NCBI GenBank assembly: GCA_038106575.1
Contig: JAYOED010000008.1
Location: 1-58,491 of the forward strand
Direction of reading: 5' to 3'
Length of the DNA: 58,491 nt
DNA from: Burkholderiales bacterium
Lineage (GTDB): Bacteria > Pseudomonadota > Gammaproteobacteria > Burkholderiales > SG8-41
The translations under genes and the position numbers were made by a program. The notes beneath the pieces are model-generated. The model did no database searches. It saw only the letters and a program-made list of their open reading frames with translations, and was not told where the DNA came from. This document shows, one piece after another, positions 38,337 to 50,210 of the stretch. How positions within the stretch are numbered: the stretch's first letter is position 1; each line of letters begins with the position of its first letter.

Positions 38337-40223
38337 TCAGGCGGCTTTGCGTTGGGGATTGCGGCACCCGGGTCCGGCGTGCGTCATCTTGAGCAGGTAT
38401 TTCTGCATGTCCCAGGCACCGGTCGGACAGCGTTCCGCACAGAGCCCGCAGTGCAGACAGACATCCTCGTCCTTGGCCATGATGCGGCCGGTCATGCGCA
38501 GCTTGTCTGACACGTAGAGACTCTGGTCCGCATGCAGCGACGGCGCGGTCAGGCGTTCGCGCAGCTCGGCTTCCTCGCCATCCGGTGTGAACGTGATGCA
38601 ATCCATCGGGCAGATGTCTACGCAGGCGTCGCATTCGATGCACAGCCGTGGGGTAAATACCGTCTGCACGTCGCAATTGAGACAACGCTGGGTTTCGCCG
38701 TAGGCAGTTTTGGCGTCGAAGCCGAGTTCGACCTCGACCTTGATGTTCTTCAGCGTCAGCTTCTGGTCCTGCCAGGGCACTTTGTTGCGCAGCGCCGCTG
38801 AAATGTCGTTGTCGTAACTCCATTCGTGGATGCCCATCTTCTGCGACATCACGACGACTGCGGGAAGCGGTCGGTCGGTCAGCGATTCGCCATTGAGCAT
38901 TTTGTCGATGGATACCGCGGCTTCGTGACCATGCGCCACGGCCCAGATGATGTTCTTCGGGCCGAAGGCGGCATCGCCACCGAAAAACACCTTCGGGTTG
39001 GTCGATTGCATGGTCACCTTGTCGACCACCGGCATGTTCCATTTATCGAAATCGAGACCGGCATCGCGCTCGATCCAGGGGAATGCGTTTTCCTGGCCGA
39101 TGGCGACCAGCACGTCGTCGCACTCGACCAGCTGGTCGGGTTCTCCGGTGGGCACCAGGCTGCGGCGGCCCTTGGCGTCGTATTCGGCCTTGACCTTTTC
39201 AAATACCACGCCGGTCAGCTTGCCGTCCTCGATTTTGCAGGACTTAGGCACCATGAAATTGATGATGGGGATGTCTTCGTGTATGGCATCTTCCTTCTCC
39301 CACGGGCTCGCCTTCATCTCATCATAGCCCGAGCGCACGATGACCTTGACGTCCTCGCCGCCCAGACGTTTTGCCGAGCGGCAACAGTCCATCGCGGTAT
39401 TTCCGCCGCCAAGCACGATCACGCGCTTGCCCACCTTATCGATGTGACCGAATGAAACGCTGGCCAGCCAGTCGATGCCGATATGGATGTTCTTTGCGCC
39501 TTCCTGGCGGCCAGGCACGTCGAGATCGCGACCGCGCGGTGCGCCGGTGCCGATGAAAATTGCGTCATAGCCTTCGGCCAGGACTTTTTTCAGGCTGTCG
39601 ATGCGCGTGCCGGATTTGACCGTGATATTGCCGATGCCGGTGATGTAGCCGATCTCCTCGTCGATGACGGCTTCCGGCAGCCGGAAGCGCGGCACCTGGG
39701 TGCGCATGAAACCGCCGGCCTTGGGGTCGGATTCATAAATGGTGATGTCATAACCCAGCGGAGCCAGATCGCGTGCAACCGTCAGTGAGGCAGGGCCGGC
39801 GCCGATGCAGGCGATGCGTTTGCCGTTTTTCTGTTTTAGCGCCTTAGGCATGCGCTGCGCGACGTCATCCTTGTTGTCAGCGGCGACGCGTTTGAGTCGG
39901 CAGATCGCTACCGGCTCCGGTTTCGAGCCTTCTGCATGCGTGGTCGGTTTGCGCAGTTCGACGTTGCCTTCCTCGACGCGGCCGCGGCGGCATGCCGGTT
40001 CACAAGGGCGGTCACAGGTGCGGCCGAGGATTCCGGGAAAGACATTCGAATTCCAGTTGACCATGTAGGCATCGCTGAAGCGGCCCGCGGCGATCAAGCG
40101 GATGTATTCGGGGACGGGTGTGTGAGCCGGGCAGGCCCACTGACAATCGACAACTTTATGGAAGTAATCGGGGTGCGCGATATCAGTCGGTTTCAACAAA
40201 TACTCCGTTGCAGGTGCCGCCAC
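38337..40223 (-). CDS. GltD/NfnB-like NAD(P)H flavin oxidoreductase fused to a C-terminal 2x[4Fe-4S] ferredoxin domain
   Basis: 628 aa. N-terminal Cys-rich region (CDRPCEPAC). IACIGAGPASLTVARDL and VLGGGNTAMDC dinucleotide folds. C-terminal CIECDACVDICP and CLHCGLCAERCP. GTG start. Confidence 0.8.
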   Translation of the reverse strand: MAAPATEYLLKPTDIAHPDYFHKVVDCQWACPAHTPVPEYIRLIAAGRFSDAYMVNWNSNVFPGILGRTCDRPCEPACRRGRVEEGNVELRKPTTHAEGSKPEPVAICRLKRVAADNKDDVAQRMPKALKQKNGKRIACIGAGPASLTVARDLAPLGYDITIYESDPKAGGFMRTQVPRFRLPEAVIDEEIGYITGIGNITVKSGTRIDSLKKVLAEGYDAIFIGTGAPRGRDLDVPGRQEGAKNIHIGIDWLASVSFGHIDKVGKRVIVLGGGNTAMDCCRSAKRLGGEDVKVIVRSGYDEMKASPWEKEDAIHEDIPIINFMVPKSCKIEDGKLTGVVFEKVKAEYDAKGRRSLVPTGEPDQLVECDDVLVAIGQENAFPWIERDAGLDFDKWNMPVVDKVTMQSTNPKVFFGGDAAFGPKNIIWAVAHGHEAAVSIDKMLNGESLTDRPLPAVVVMSQKMGIHEWSYDNDISAALRNKVPWQDQKLTLKNIKVEVELGFDAKTAYGETQRCLNCDVQTVFTPRLCIECDACVDICPMDCITFTPDGEEAELRERLTAPSLHADQSLYVSDKLRMTGRIMAKDEDVCLHCGLCAERCPTGAWDMQKYLLKMTHAGPGCRNPQRKAA

Positions 40224-40495
40224 ATCCTATTGTTTTTATTTGCCTATTTTTGCCCTCGGCGTAGCGGGCGAAAAGTGTTGCAAATACTACGCCTTTGGGA
40301 CGGGGAAAAAAAGAGCGAATTACGTCAAGTGCTAGTGAAGAACCCTTCGGTGAGAGATGATTTTTAACCGTCTGGCCACAATTGGAGTATCCGGACGGTT
40401 GAAGGAAAAATAATCGTTAACTATTTGTTTTATTGATATAAGTTGCATTTCCTGTGCTGGTCGATGCGCGGTGCTGCAGACAGGTCGGGGATGCG

Positions 40496-42274
40496 CTATT
40501 TTTTCTTGGATACGTAAAGATCGGTTATTGATCCTTCCGCCATTTCCGCAGCGAAGAACAGCGTTTCCGACAGCGTCGGATGGGGATGGATGGTCAGGCC
40601 GATGTCGGTGGCGTCGGCGCCCATCTCCAGTGCCAACACTGCTTCGGCGATCAGTTCACCGGCGTTGACGCCGGTCATCGCCGCGCCGAGCAGCCGCCGC
40701 GTTTTCTTGTCGAACAACGCCTTGGTCATGCCTTCGTCGCGGCCGGTAGCGAGCGCACGTCCGCTCGCAGCCCACGGGAATGTGGCCTTGTCGTATTCGA
40801 TACCCTGGTCCTGGGCCTGGGTTTCGGTAAGACCCATCCACGCAATTTCCGGATCGGTGTAGGCCACCGAAGGAATCGTGCGCGCATCGTAGAACGCCTT
40901 GTGGCCGGCAATGACTTCAGCGGCAATCTTGGCTTCGTGGGTTGCCTTGTGCGCGAGCATCGGTTCGCCGCAGATGTCGCCGATGGCGTAGATGTGTGGC
41001 ACGTTGGTGCGCTGCTGCTTGTCCACCGGGATGTAGCCGCGCTCGTTGACGTTGACGCCAGCGGCTTCAGCCTGGATCTCGCGGCCGTTGGGGCGGCGGC
41101 CCACCGCCATCAGCGTGGCGTCGAAGGTGTCGGTGCTGGTGCTGCCGTCGGTGCCTTCAAACGTAACCTTGAGCCCCGCCTTCTGCGCCTCGATTTTCGC
41201 GACCTTGGTTTTCAGCAGGATTTTTTCGTAGCGCTTTTCGATGCGCTTAGCGAGCGGACGCACTACATCCTTGTCGGCACCGGGAATTAGTCCGTCCATC
41301 AATTCCACGACGGTGATTTTCGATCCCAGAGCGTCGTAGACCGTGGCCATTTCGAGACCGATTATTCCGCCGCCGATCACCAGCAGGCGCTTGGGAATTT
41401 CAGCGAGCTTCAGCGCCCCGGTGGAATCGATGATACGCGGATCGTCATAGGGGAAGCTGGGGATTTTTGCCACCGATGACCCGGCGGCGATGATGCAGCT
41501 TTCAAAGGCGACGGTCTTTGTGCCTTCCGTGGTTTCGACGCGGAGGGTGTTGACCGAGTCGAATTCTCCGCGACCGGTGACGACCTGCACCTTGCGCTGC
41601 TTGGCAAGGCCGTCGAGTCCCTTGGTCAGCTTGCCCAGCACGCCGTCCTTCCACATCCTCAGTTTATCGATGTCGATTTTCGGTTTGCCGAAGCTGATGC
41701 CGGCATGCACGGCTTCGTCGGCCTCGGTGATGACCTTCGCCATGTGCAGCAGCGCTTTCGACGGGATGCAGCCGACGTTCAGGCATACGCCGCCCAGCGT
41801 CGGATAACGCTCGACCAGTACAACCTTCTTGCCGAGGTCGGCGGCGCGGAATGCCGCGGTGTAGCCGCCGGGGCCGGCGCCAAGCACTAACACTTCGGCG
41901 TGTATGTCGGCCTTGATGCCGGAGATGTCGGTTTGCGCGGTTGCTGCGGGAGCCGCAGCTGCCGGGGTCGGTTTCACCGGTGCGGGAGTGGCGGCCGGCA
42001 CGGGCGCCGGCGCACTGGCTGGAGCGCCTGCCGCGCCTTCTTCCAACGTCAGGATCAACGTGCCCTTGGAAACCTTGTCACCGGTGTTCAGGCTTAGCGA
42101 CTTGACCACACCGGCGGTAGGCGCCGGGATGTCCATCGTCGCCTTGTCCGACTCCAGCGTGATCAGTGAATCCTCTTTCTTCACCGTGTCGCCGGGTTTG
42201 ACTAGCACTTCGATGACCGGGATGTTCTTGAAATCTCCGATATCTGGAACCGTGACTTCGATGATCTTGCTCAT
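40496..42274 (-). CDS. lpdA: Dihydrolipoyl dehydrogenase (E3) with an N-terminal lipoyl domain
   Basis: [11 protein letters not shown] lipoyl-Lys motif, Ala/Pro linker, [13 protein letters not shown] and the redox disulfide [13 protein letters not shown]. Confidence 0.92.
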   Translation of the reverse strand: MSKIIEVTVPDIGDFKNIPVIEVLVKPGDTVKKEDSLITLESDKATMDIPAPTAGVVKSLSLNTGDKVSKGTLILTLEEGAAGAPASAPAPVPAATPAPVKPTPAAAAPAATAQTDISGIKADIHAEVLVLGAGPGGYTAAFRAADLGKKVVLVERYPTLGGVCLNVGCIPSKALLHMAKVITEADEAVHAGISFGKPKIDIDKLRMWKDGVLGKLTKGLDGLAKQRKVQVVTGRGEFDSVNTLRVETTEGTKTVAFESCIIAAGSSVAKIPSFPYDDPRIIDSTGALKLAEIPKRLLVIGGGIIGLEMATVYDALGSKITVVELMDGLIPGADKDVVRPLAKRIEKRYEKILLKTKVAKIEAQKAGLKVTFEGTDGSTSTDTFDATLMAVGRRPNGREIQAEAAGVNVNERGYIPVDKQQRTNVPHIYAIGDICGEPMLAHKATHEAKIAAEVIAGHKAFYDARTIPSVAYTDPEIAWMGLTETQAQDQGIEYDKATFPWAASGRALATGRDEGMTKALFDKKTRRLLGAAMTGVNAGELIAEAVLALEMGADATDIGLTIHPHPTLSETLFFAAEMAEGSITDLYVSKKK

Positions 42275-42349
42275 CAGATACTCTTCAGGTTTTCTCTAAA
42301 AAAAGTAAATGTCGTCGACGATGCTTTGCTATTGCCGGCCGGTTGGCAA

Positions 42350-43606
42350 TCAGCCACGCACATGCCCGTCGCCGAAGACCACGTATTTGAGGGACGTCAG
42401 CCCTTCCAGGCCGACCGGACCGCGAGCATGCAGCTTGTCGGTGGAAATGCCGATTTCGGCGCCGAGGCCGAATTCATAACCATCGGCAAAGCGCGTCGAT
42501 GCATTGACCATTACCGAACTGGAATCCACTTCGCGCAGGAAGCGCCGCGCCTTCATGATATTTTCAGTGACGATAGCGTCAGTGTGCTGGGAGCCGTAGC
42601 GCGTAATGTGTTCAATTGCGGCCTCGAGTCCATCGACCACGCGGATCGAAAGGATGGCGTCGAGATATTCGGTGTGCCAGTCCTCCTCGGTCGCAGCCTT
42701 CATGCCGGAAACGATTGTCCGTGCTGCGTCGTCACCACGTAGTTCGATCTTCTTTTCCGAATAGATCTTGCATAGCGCCGGCAGGACGTTTGCGGCGACG
42801 CTCTTCGCCACCAGCAATGTTTCCATGGTGTTGCAGGTGCCCAGGCGCTGGGTTTTGGCGTTATCGGCAATGCGCAGGGCCTTGTCGAAGTCAGCTTCGT
42901 CGTCGATGTAGACGTGGCATATGCCATGCAGATGCTTGATCATCGGGATGCGTGATTCGCGCATCAGTAGTTCAATCAGGCTCTTGCCCCCGCGCGGCAC
43001 AATGATGTCGACGTAATCGTGCATTGTGATCAGCTCCCCGACAGCTGCACGATCCATCGTATTGATCACCTGCACCGCGGCTTCCGGCAAGCCAGCGGCC
43101 TTGAGGCCCTCGTGCACGCAGGCTGCGATGGCCTGATTTGAGTGTAAGGCTTCCGATCCGCCACGCAGGATCGCGGCGTTGCCCGACTTCAGGCACAGCC
43201 CGGCAGCATCGGCGGTGACGTTGGGCCTGGATTCATAGATGATACCGACCACGCCCAGCGGCACCCTCATCTGCCCAACCTGGATGCCGGTTGGCCGGTA
43301 TTTGAGGCCGCTGATTTCTCCGACCGGATCCGGCAGCGCGGCAATCTGGTGCAAACCATCAGCCATCGATTCGATGCGATCGGCATTCAGCGTGAGCCTG
43401 TCGATAGCGGCAGTGTCGAGTTTTTTCGCCTTGGCCGCCTCCACATCGCGCGCGTTCTCGCGTAGCAGCACCTTGGCTGCGTGCTTAACGGCAAGTGCCA
43501 TCGCGTTTAGCGCGGTGTTTTTGGCGTTGGTGTCAGCGACCGCCATCCCGCGCGATGCCGCGCGGGCCGCTTTGCCAATACCGAGCATGTAGGTTTGAAC
43601 ATTCAT
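42350..43606 (-). CDS. proA: Glutamate-5-semialdehyde dehydrogenase
   Basis: 418 aa. [11 protein letters not shown] catalytic Cys context. Confidence 0.92.
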   Translation of the reverse strand: MNVQTYMLGIGKAARAASRGMAVADTNAKNTALNAMALAVKHAAKVLLRENARDVEAAKAKKLDTAAIDRLTLNADRIESMADGLHQIAALPDPVGEISGLKYRPTGIQVGQMRVPLGVVGIIYESRPNVTADAAGLCLKSGNAAILRGGSEALHSNQAIAACVHEGLKAAGLPEAAVQVINTMDRAAVGELITMHDYVDIIVPRGGKSLIELLMRESRIPMIKHLHGICHVYIDDEADFDKALRIADNAKTQRLGTCNTMETLLVAKSVAANVLPALCKIYSEKKIELRGDDAARTIVSGMKAATEEDWHTEYLDAILSIRVVDGLEAAIEHITRYGSQHTDAIVTENIMKARRFLREVDSSSVMVNASTRFADGYEFGLGAEIGISTDKLHARGPVGLEGLTSLKYVVFGDGHVRG

Positions 43607-43678
43607 GAATGGGATTCTAGCAGGGGAACGCCAACCGGATCGGGTGGCGCGGTGAGCGGACAGCTGATGCTAAAGAGA

Positions 43679-44761
43679 TCAGAAAAGCGCCGGATGAGCC
43701 GCAAATACCGCTGGCATCGTCCGTCGCGCGGGCGTTGCCCTGGCGATGCCAGGGTTGTTGCGCGCGAAGCGCAGCGCAAGTTGCAGCAGTTCGTTCCAGG
43801 CATCGCCGCGCACTAAGCCCTTGACGACGCGGTCGATGACTGCGGCATGGCGCAGTGCTTCGGTGACCTGGGCGAGGGTGAATCGGCGTAGGTTGTTCAG
43901 CATCGCGCCCTGATGCGACGGGCCGAAGATACGCGCTTCGCGCAGCATCATCGATGACGGTTTTCCGGAGTCGATACCGGTGATGATCTTACCGATGGCA
44001 CGGATTTCTTCAGTCAGCGACCATAGCACCAGCGGCGCGGCAGTGCCTTCTCCCTGCAGTCCGTCGAGCACTCGTGCCAGGCGCAGCGGGTCGCCTTCGA
44101 GCATGATTTCTCCAAGATTGAACACGTCGTAGCGGGCAACGTCGAGAATGGCGGTGCTGACCTGTTCGAAACCGATCGTTCCCTGCGGAAACAGTAGTGC
44201 CAGTTTCTGTACTTCCTGGTGGGCGGCTAGGAGGTTGCCTTCGACGCGGTCAGCAACGAAGTCCAGCGTTTCGGCATCGACTTCCTGCTGCTGGTCTTTT
44301 AGGCGTCCCGCGATCCACTGCGGCAGCGCCTTGCGCGGAACAGGTTTGGCTTCGACGGCAACGCCGGCGCTTTCCAGCGCGGCAAACCAGGCTGCTTTCT
44401 GGCCCCGCCAGTCGAGATCCGGCACATGAATCAGGGTCACGGTGTCAGGGGGCAGCGATTGAGAATAGGCCTGCAACGCATCGCCCCCTTCCTTGCCCGG
44501 CTTGCCGGTAGGGATGCGCAGTTCAAGCAGCTTGCGAGAAGCAAACAGTGACTGTGAATTTCCGGCCAGTGCCAGCTGGTTCCACTTGAATCCGGAGTCA
44601 ACGGTCAGCACTTCGCGTTCGGTATAGCCTTCGGCGCGCGCCTTAGCACGGATGCGGTCGCCGGCTTCCAGTGCCAGCAGCGGTTCGGTGCCGAATACCG
44701 TATAGAGGGGCTGGATGTCCCGTTTGAGGTGGCCGGCGAGTTGTTCTGATTGCAGTCGCAT
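43679..44761 (-). CDS. holA: DNA polymerase III delta subunit
   Basis: 360 aa, MRLQSEQLAGHLKRDIQPLYTVFGTEPLL. Conserved position after lptE. Confidence 0.85.
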   Translation of the reverse strand: MRLQSEQLAGHLKRDIQPLYTVFGTEPLLALEAGDRIRAKARAEGYTEREVLTVDSGFKWNQLALAGNSQSLFASRKLLELRIPTGKPGKEGGDALQAYSQSLPPDTVTLIHVPDLDWRGQKAAWFAALESAGVAVEAKPVPRKALPQWIAGRLKDQQQEVDAETLDFVADRVEGNLLAAHQEVQKLALLFPQGTIGFEQVSTAILDVARYDVFNLGEIMLEGDPLRLARVLDGLQGEGTAAPLVLWSLTEEIRAIGKIITGIDSGKPSSMMLREARIFGPSHQGAMLNNLRRFTLAQVTEALRHAAVIDRVVKGLVRGDAWNELLQLALRFARNNPGIARATPARRTMPAVFAAHPALF

Positions 44762-44795
44762 CGGTGCAGCGTATGCTACCGCAGAAAGCTGCGCA

Positions 44796-45281
44796 TTACG
44801 ATGCCCGCCGGAATACCCGCAGCCGCCGCACTAGTTGCTGCACGGCATCGTTCTGCATTTCGCCGAACAGCAGCGCCTCTTCGGATTCCTTGGACAGTGT
44901 GTCCTGATCGTTGAAGGAAAAATCGCGGGTCATTGTGATTTCAGTGACCGGAATGGTTTCAGCCGCCTTGTTGTCGACCATTCGGTAGGACATGCGATAG
45001 CGCAGCTGGAATTCGCGCACCCGTCCGCTACTCGACAGCGACAAAATGCTTTTCTCACGCAGTTCATTGATAACGACCAGCGTCGCTTCCGCCTCCCTGG
45101 CGGTGTTGACGATGCGGGTGGTACTGCCGGCGGTTACCGCACGGCGGAACTGGTTGGCGAACAGCGAACCGGTGGGCGCCTGTATGTACAAGGTATTGAA
45201 CGCCAGACTGGCCGTGTTACGCAGCTTGAAGCCGCAGCCGGCGAGCATGAGGATGCAGAGAAGTGTGGTCAGGACTTTCAT
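44796..45281 (-). CDS. lptE: LPS-assembly lipoprotein LptE
   Basis: Lipobox LMLAGCGFKLR. 161 aa. Sits between leuS and holA. Confidence 0.85.
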   Translation of the reverse strand: MKVLTTLLCILMLAGCGFKLRNTASLAFNTLYIQAPTGSLFANQFRRAVTAGSTTRIVNTAREAEATLVVINELREKSILSLSSSGRVREFQLRYRMSYRMVDNKAAETIPVTEITMTRDFSFNDQDTLSKESEEALLFGEMQNDAVQQLVRRLRVFRRAS

Positions 45282-45287
45282 CGGGGC

Positions 45288-47891
45288 TTAGACGACCAGA
45301 TTGACTAGTCGTCCCGGCACGATAACAATTTTTTTGACCGGCTGCCCGGCGACGAATTTCTGCACTTCGGGGTGCGCGAGTAAGGCGGCCTCGATAGTGG
45401 CCTTGTTCGCGTCCTTGGTCACGCGTATTCCGCCACGTTTCTTGCCGTTGATCTGCACCACCAGCTCGATCTCGTCCTCGACCAGCGCGGCGGCGTCAGG
45501 CTCGGGCCAAGGTGCCGTGAGGATGTCCTCTCCGTAGCCGAGGTCGCGCCACAGCTGGTGGGAAATGTGAGGTGCGATCGGGGACAGCACCCGCAGCAGT
45601 ATGGACAGGCCTTCACGCAGGACCGCATTCTCTGATTCATCAGCGCCGCCCTTGAGCACACTTTCCAGAGCATTGAGCATTTTCATCGTCGCCGAAGCGA
45701 CAGTGTTGAATTGCTGGCGCTCGAGGTCGTAGTTGGCCTGCTTGAGAACGGCATGGACTTCGCGGCGGACGGCAGCCAGCGACGCAGGCAAGGACTGCGG
45801 TGCCACGCCCTCAATATCGCCACGCTGCGCTGTCTCGTAGCCCAGCGTCCACACCCGGCGCAGAAAACGCGCAGCTCCCTCGACGCTGGAATCCGACCAC
45901 TCGAGTGTCTGTTCAGGCGGAGCGGTGAACATCATGTAGAAACGTGCGATGTCGGCGCCGTAGCTCTCGATCAGGGATTGCGGATCAACGCCGTTGTTTT
46001 TGGATTTCGACATGGTGCCGATGCCGCCGGATTCGACAGGCTGGCCGTCGGTACGCAGGACCGCGCCGGTGCGGTTGCCCTTATCGTCGACCTTGAGTTC
46101 GACATCCGCTGGGTTGAAGTAGGTGATCCGGCCCGCAGCGGGTTTGCGGAAGAAGATTTCGTTGAGCACCATGCCCTGGGTCAACAGGTTCTTGAACGGC
46201 TCGTCGATCTTCACCAGACCGAGGTCGCGCATGGTCTTGTTCCAGAAACGCGAATACAGCAGGTGCAGGATCGCGTGCTCGATGCCGCCGATGTACTGGT
46301 CCGCCGGCAGCCAGTAGTTGACGCGGTCATCAACCATCGCCGACTTACTGTCGGCACAGGCATAGCGCAGGTAGTACCAGGACGAGTCAACGAAGGTGTC
46401 CATGGTGTCGGTTTCTCGCCTGGCAGGCTTGCCGCAATTCGGACAGTCGCAGTTGACGAAGTCGACGCGCTTGTTGAGCGGGTTGCCGCTGCCGTCTGGT
46501 ACGCAGTCCTCGGGCAGCACCACTGGCAGATCCCTGTCCGGCACCGGCACGTCGCCGCAGTCGCCGCAGTGGATGATCGGAATCGGGCACCCCCAGTAGC
46601 GCTGGCGCGAGATGCCCCAGTCGCGCAGGCGGTATAGCACCTGCTTCTTACCGAGAGTTTTGGCAGAAAGATCGGCGGCGATGGCGTCCACCGCAGCGGA
46701 ATAATTCAAGCAGTTGTATTTTCCGGAGTTGCTGCATACTCCGTGCTCCTTGTCGGCATACCATTCCTGCCAGGCATCGGTCGAAAAAGCTTTGCCATCT
46801 ACATCGATGACCGGCTTGATCGGCAGGCCATACTGCTTTGCGAAATGAAAATCGCGCTCGTCATGCGCCGGCACCGCCATCACCGCGCCTTCGCCGTAGC
46901 CCATCAGTACGTAGTTGCCGACCCAGACCTCGACCCGTTCTCCGGTCAGAGGGTGCTCGACGTAAATCCCGGTTGGCACGCCTTTTTTGTCCACGGTGGC
47001 GAGGTCGGCTTCCATGACCGAGGTGCGCTTGCATTCATTGACGAACTCTGCGACTTTCGGATTGGTTTTCGCGGCATGGGCCGCGAGCGGATGCTCCGCG
47101 GCCACGACGACGAAGGTGACGCCCATGATGGTGTCGGCGCGGGTGGTGAATACCCACAGCTTTTCCGCTTTGCCATCCAGGACGTACGGGAACGCGAAGC
47201 GCACCCCGTAGCTTTTTCCGATCCAGTTGGCCTGCATCGCCTTTACGCGCTCGGGCCAGCCAGGCAGCGTGTCGAGTGCGGCGAGCAGTTCGTCAGCGTA
47301 TTTGGTGATCGCGAGGTAGTAGCCGGGAATTTCGCGGCGCTCGACGGTGGCGCCGGTGCGCCAACCCTTGCCGTCGATGACCTGCTCATTGGCGAGCACG
47401 GTCTGGTCGACCGGATCCCAGTTCACAACTTGCGTTTTTTTGTAGGCAATGCCTTTATCCAACAGGCGCAGGAACAGCCACTGGTTCCAGCGGTAATAAT
47501 CGGGGCTGCAGGTCGCCAATTCGCGTGACCAGTCGATCGCGAAACCTAGCGACTTCAGCTGTTTGCGCATGTAGGCGATGTTGTCCCAGGTCCATTTCGC
47601 GGGCGGCACACTGTTCGCCATTGCTGCGTTTTCCGCGGGCAGACCGAAGGCGTCCCAGCCCATTGGCTGAAGGACATTGAAGCCCTTCATGCGGTGATAG
47701 CGAGACAGCACGTCACCGATGGTGTAGTTGCGTACGTGGCCCATGTGCAGCTTGCCAGAGGGGTACGGAAACATCGACAGGCAGTAATACTTGGGCTTGT
47801 CTCGGTTTTCCGCGGCACTAAAAGACTTGTTGCTCTCCCAGAATTGCTGTGCGTCGCGCTCAATGACTTGCGGGTTGTATTTTTGCTGCAT
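45288..47891 (-). CDS. leuS: Leucine--tRNA ligase
   Basis: 867 aa. HIGH-type [13 protein letters not shown] and KMSKS-type [10 protein letters not shown]. Confidence 0.97.
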   Translation of the reverse strand: MQQKYNPQVIERDAQQFWESNKSFSAAENRDKPKYYCLSMFPYPSGKLHMGHVRNYTIGDVLSRYHRMKGFNVLQPMGWDAFGLPAENAAMANSVPPAKWTWDNIAYMRKQLKSLGFAIDWSRELATCSPDYYRWNQWLFLRLLDKGIAYKKTQVVNWDPVDQTVLANEQVIDGKGWRTGATVERREIPGYYLAITKYADELLAALDTLPGWPERVKAMQANWIGKSYGVRFAFPYVLDGKAEKLWVFTTRADTIMGVTFVVVAAEHPLAAHAAKTNPKVAEFVNECKRTSVMEADLATVDKKGVPTGIYVEHPLTGERVEVWVGNYVLMGYGEGAVMAVPAHDERDFHFAKQYGLPIKPVIDVDGKAFSTDAWQEWYADKEHGVCSNSGKYNCLNYSAAVDAIAADLSAKTLGKKQVLYRLRDWGISRQRYWGCPIPIIHCGDCGDVPVPDRDLPVVLPEDCVPDGSGNPLNKRVDFVNCDCPNCGKPARRETDTMDTFVDSSWYYLRYACADSKSAMVDDRVNYWLPADQYIGGIEHAILHLLYSRFWNKTMRDLGLVKIDEPFKNLLTQGMVLNEIFFRKPAAGRITYFNPADVELKVDDKGNRTGAVLRTDGQPVESGGIGTMSKSKNNGVDPQSLIESYGADIARFYMMFTAPPEQTLEWSDSSVEGAARFLRRVWTLGYETAQRGDIEGVAPQSLPASLAAVRREVHAVLKQANYDLERQQFNTVASATMKMLNALESVLKGGADESENAVLREGLSILLRVLSPIAPHISHQLWRDLGYGEDILTAPWPEPDAAALVEDEIELVVQINGKKRGGIRVTKDANKATIEAALLAHPEVQKFVAGQPVKKIVIVPGRLVNLVV

Positions 47892-47997
47892 CTTGCCGAT
47901 CGGGGGGTGTATTCAGGAAAGGCGCAATTATATCCGCAGGCCCGGTTCAGGACTTTCGCGACGAATAGAGAGGAGTGCTCACGTATAATCCGGCGCG

Positions 47998-50202
47998 ATG
48001 ACGCCTGCCTTTCTTTCCGGACTCAACGACCAGCAATTGCAGGCAGTTACGCTGCCGCATCAATCCGCCCTGATTCTAGCTGGCGCTGGCAGCGGCAAGA
48101 CGCGCGTGCTGACGACGCGGATGGCGTGGCTGATCCAGACCGGGCAGGTCAATCCGATGAACCTGCTGGCGGTGACCTTCACCAACAAGGCGGCCAAGGA
48201 AATGCTGACGCGCATCAGCGCGATGCTGCCAATCAATACCCGCGGCATGTGGGTGGGCACCTTCCACGGTCTCTGCAATCGCATGCTACGCGCTCATTAC
48301 CGTGAGGCCGGGTTGCCGCAGTTGTTCCAGATCCTTGATACCCAGGACCAGCTGGCGCTGGTGAAGCGCCTGGTGAAGACACTGAATCTCGACGAAGAGC
48401 GCTATCCGCCGCGCCAGGCACAGTGGTTTATCGCCGGACAGAAAGAGGAGGGCAAACGCGCCGACAAGGTCGAGCCGTATGACGATTTTTCGCGGCGTAT
48501 GGTGGAGTTCTATGCGGAATATGACCGCCAGTGCCAGCGCGAAGGCGTCGTCGATTTCGCCGAACTGCTACTGCGCTCCTACGAGTTGCTGGCGCGAAGC
48601 GAAGTGCTGCGCGAGCATTATTCCAGCCGCTTCAGCTATATCCTCGTCGATGAGTTCCAGGATACCAACCGCCTGCAGTACCGCTGGCTGCAGTTGTTTG
48701 CCGGAGAGCGGAACGCAATTTTTGCCGTGGGAGATGACGACCAGTCGATCTACGGCTGGCGCGGCGCTTCGACAGCCAACATGCAGCATCTGCAGCGCGA
48801 TTTCCATGTCGATACCGTGATCAAGCTGGAGCAGAACTACCGCTCCCACGGCAACATTCTCGATGCTGCCAACGCACTGATTGGACATAACCGAAAGCGT
48901 CTGGGCAAGAACCTGTGGACCGACGAAACCCGCGGCGAGCCGCTGCGGGTATTCGAGACACCGTCGGATTTCGAGGAAGCAGCCTACGTGGTCGAGGAAG
49001 TGAGTTTGCTGCATGCCGAAGGCGTGAAGCTTGCCGACATGGCGGTGCTGTACCGCTCGAATGCACAATCGCGGGTCCTCGAACATGCGCTGTTCACCTC
49101 CGGTATGCCGTACCGGGTATATGGCGGCCTGAGGTTTTTCGAGCGTAAGGAAATCAAGCACTCGCTGGCCTACCTGCGGCTGGTCGCCAACCAGGATGAC
49201 GATAACGCGCTGCTGCGGGTCATCAATTTCCCGACCCGCGGCATCGGCGCGCGCAGCCTCGAGCAGTTGCAGGGCATGGCGCGCGAAGCCGGTACGAGCC
49301 TGTGGGCGGCGGCCTGCGCCAACACACTGTCAGGCAAGGCTGCAGCCAGCATCGCTGCGTTCGTGAAAATGATCGAAGCCATGCGTGACGCCACCGCGGG
49401 ACTGCCTCTGCCCGAGGTCATTGCCCATGTCATCGAACACGGCGGATTGAAGACGCATTACCGCAACGAGAAGGAAGGCGCCGACCGGTTGGAGAACCTC
49501 GATGAACTGATTAATGCCGCTGCGGTATTTGTCGACGAGCGTGCCACGCAGATTCCGACTGAGGGTGCGCCGCCGGAAGAAATGGATGAATTGACGGCGT
49601 TTCTCGCCCACGCCGCGCTGGAGGCCGGTGAGCATCAGGCCGAAGCCGGCGCCGATGCGCTGCAACTCATGACCGTGCATTCAGCCAAAGGGCTCGAGTT
49701 TCATGCGGTGTTCATCACCGGGCTGGAGGAGGGGCTGTTTCCCCACGAGAACAGCATGACTGAAGCGGAAGGCGTGGAAGAGGAGCGACGACTGATGTAC
49801 GTTGCATTGACCCGCGCGCGGCGCAGGCTTTACCTGACGCTTGCGCAAAGTCGCATGCTGCACGGCCAAACCTGTTACAACGTGCCTTCGCGATTTTTCG
49901 GGGAGCTGCCTGAGGCGTTGTTGCAGAGAGTGAACCACATGTCGCAAGTGTATTCATCTGCGCGGCAGGAGACGCCTGCCTATGGCGCACGGAGCGGAAC
50001 TCGCGGCGCTTCCCCCGCGCCGGTCATGCAGTCACGCGATTCGCCATGGCGCATCGGGCAGGCTGTCGTGCATCCGAAGTTCGGCGAAGGCGTGATCGTC
50101 AATGCCGAAGGCTTTGGTAGCGAGGCGCGCGTTCACGTGAATTTCAAGAACGGCGGCGTGAAACAGCTGATGCTGGAATACGCGAAACTGACACTTGCCT
50201 GA
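47998..50202 (+). CDS. uvrD: ATP-dependent DNA helicase (UvrD/helicase II)
   Basis: Walker A AGAGSGKTRVL and DExx VDEFQDTN. The C-terminal WRIGQAVVHPKFGEGVIV domain is typical of UvrD. Confidence 0.85.
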   Translation: MTPAFLSGLNDQQLQAVTLPHQSALILAGAGSGKTRVLTTRMAWLIQTGQVNPMNLLAVTFTNKAAKEMLTRISAMLPINTRGMWVGTFHGLCNRMLRAHYREAGLPQLFQILDTQDQLALVKRLVKTLNLDEERYPPRQAQWFIAGQKEEGKRADKVEPYDDFSRRMVEFYAEYDRQCQREGVVDFAELLLRSYELLARSEVLREHYSSRFSYILVDEFQDTNRLQYRWLQLFAGERNAIFAVGDDDQSIYGWRGASTANMQHLQRDFHVDTVIKLEQNYRSHGNILDAANALIGHNRKRLGKNLWTDETRGEPLRVFETPSDFEEAAYVVEEVSLLHAEGVKLADMAVLYRSNAQSRVLEHALFTSGMPYRVYGGLRFFERKEIKHSLAYLRLVANQDDDNALLRVINFPTRGIGARSLEQLQGMAREAGTSLWAAACANTLSGKAAASIAAFVKMIEAMRDATAGLPLPEVIAHVIEHGGLKTHYRNEKEGADRLENLDELINAAAVFVDERATQIPTEGAPPEEMDELTAFLAHAALEAGEHQAEAGADALQLMTVHSAKGLEFHAVFITGLEEGLFPHENSMTEAEGVEEERRLMYVALTRARRRLYLTLAQSRMLHGQTCYNVPSRFFGELPEALLQRVNHMSQVYSSARQETPAYGARSGTRGASPAPVMQSRDSPWRIGQAVVHPKFGEGVIVNAEGFGSEARVHVNFKNGGVKQLMLEYAKLTLA

Positions 50203-50210
50203 CCGACGGG

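Noticed and set aside
40366-40400. 10-bp stem (AACCGTCTGG...CCGGACGGTT) downstream of lpdA as a terminator
   Set aside because: On the transcribed (minus) strand it is followed by an A-run rather than a U-run, and it lies about 100 nt from the stop. Not a convincing intrinsic terminator.
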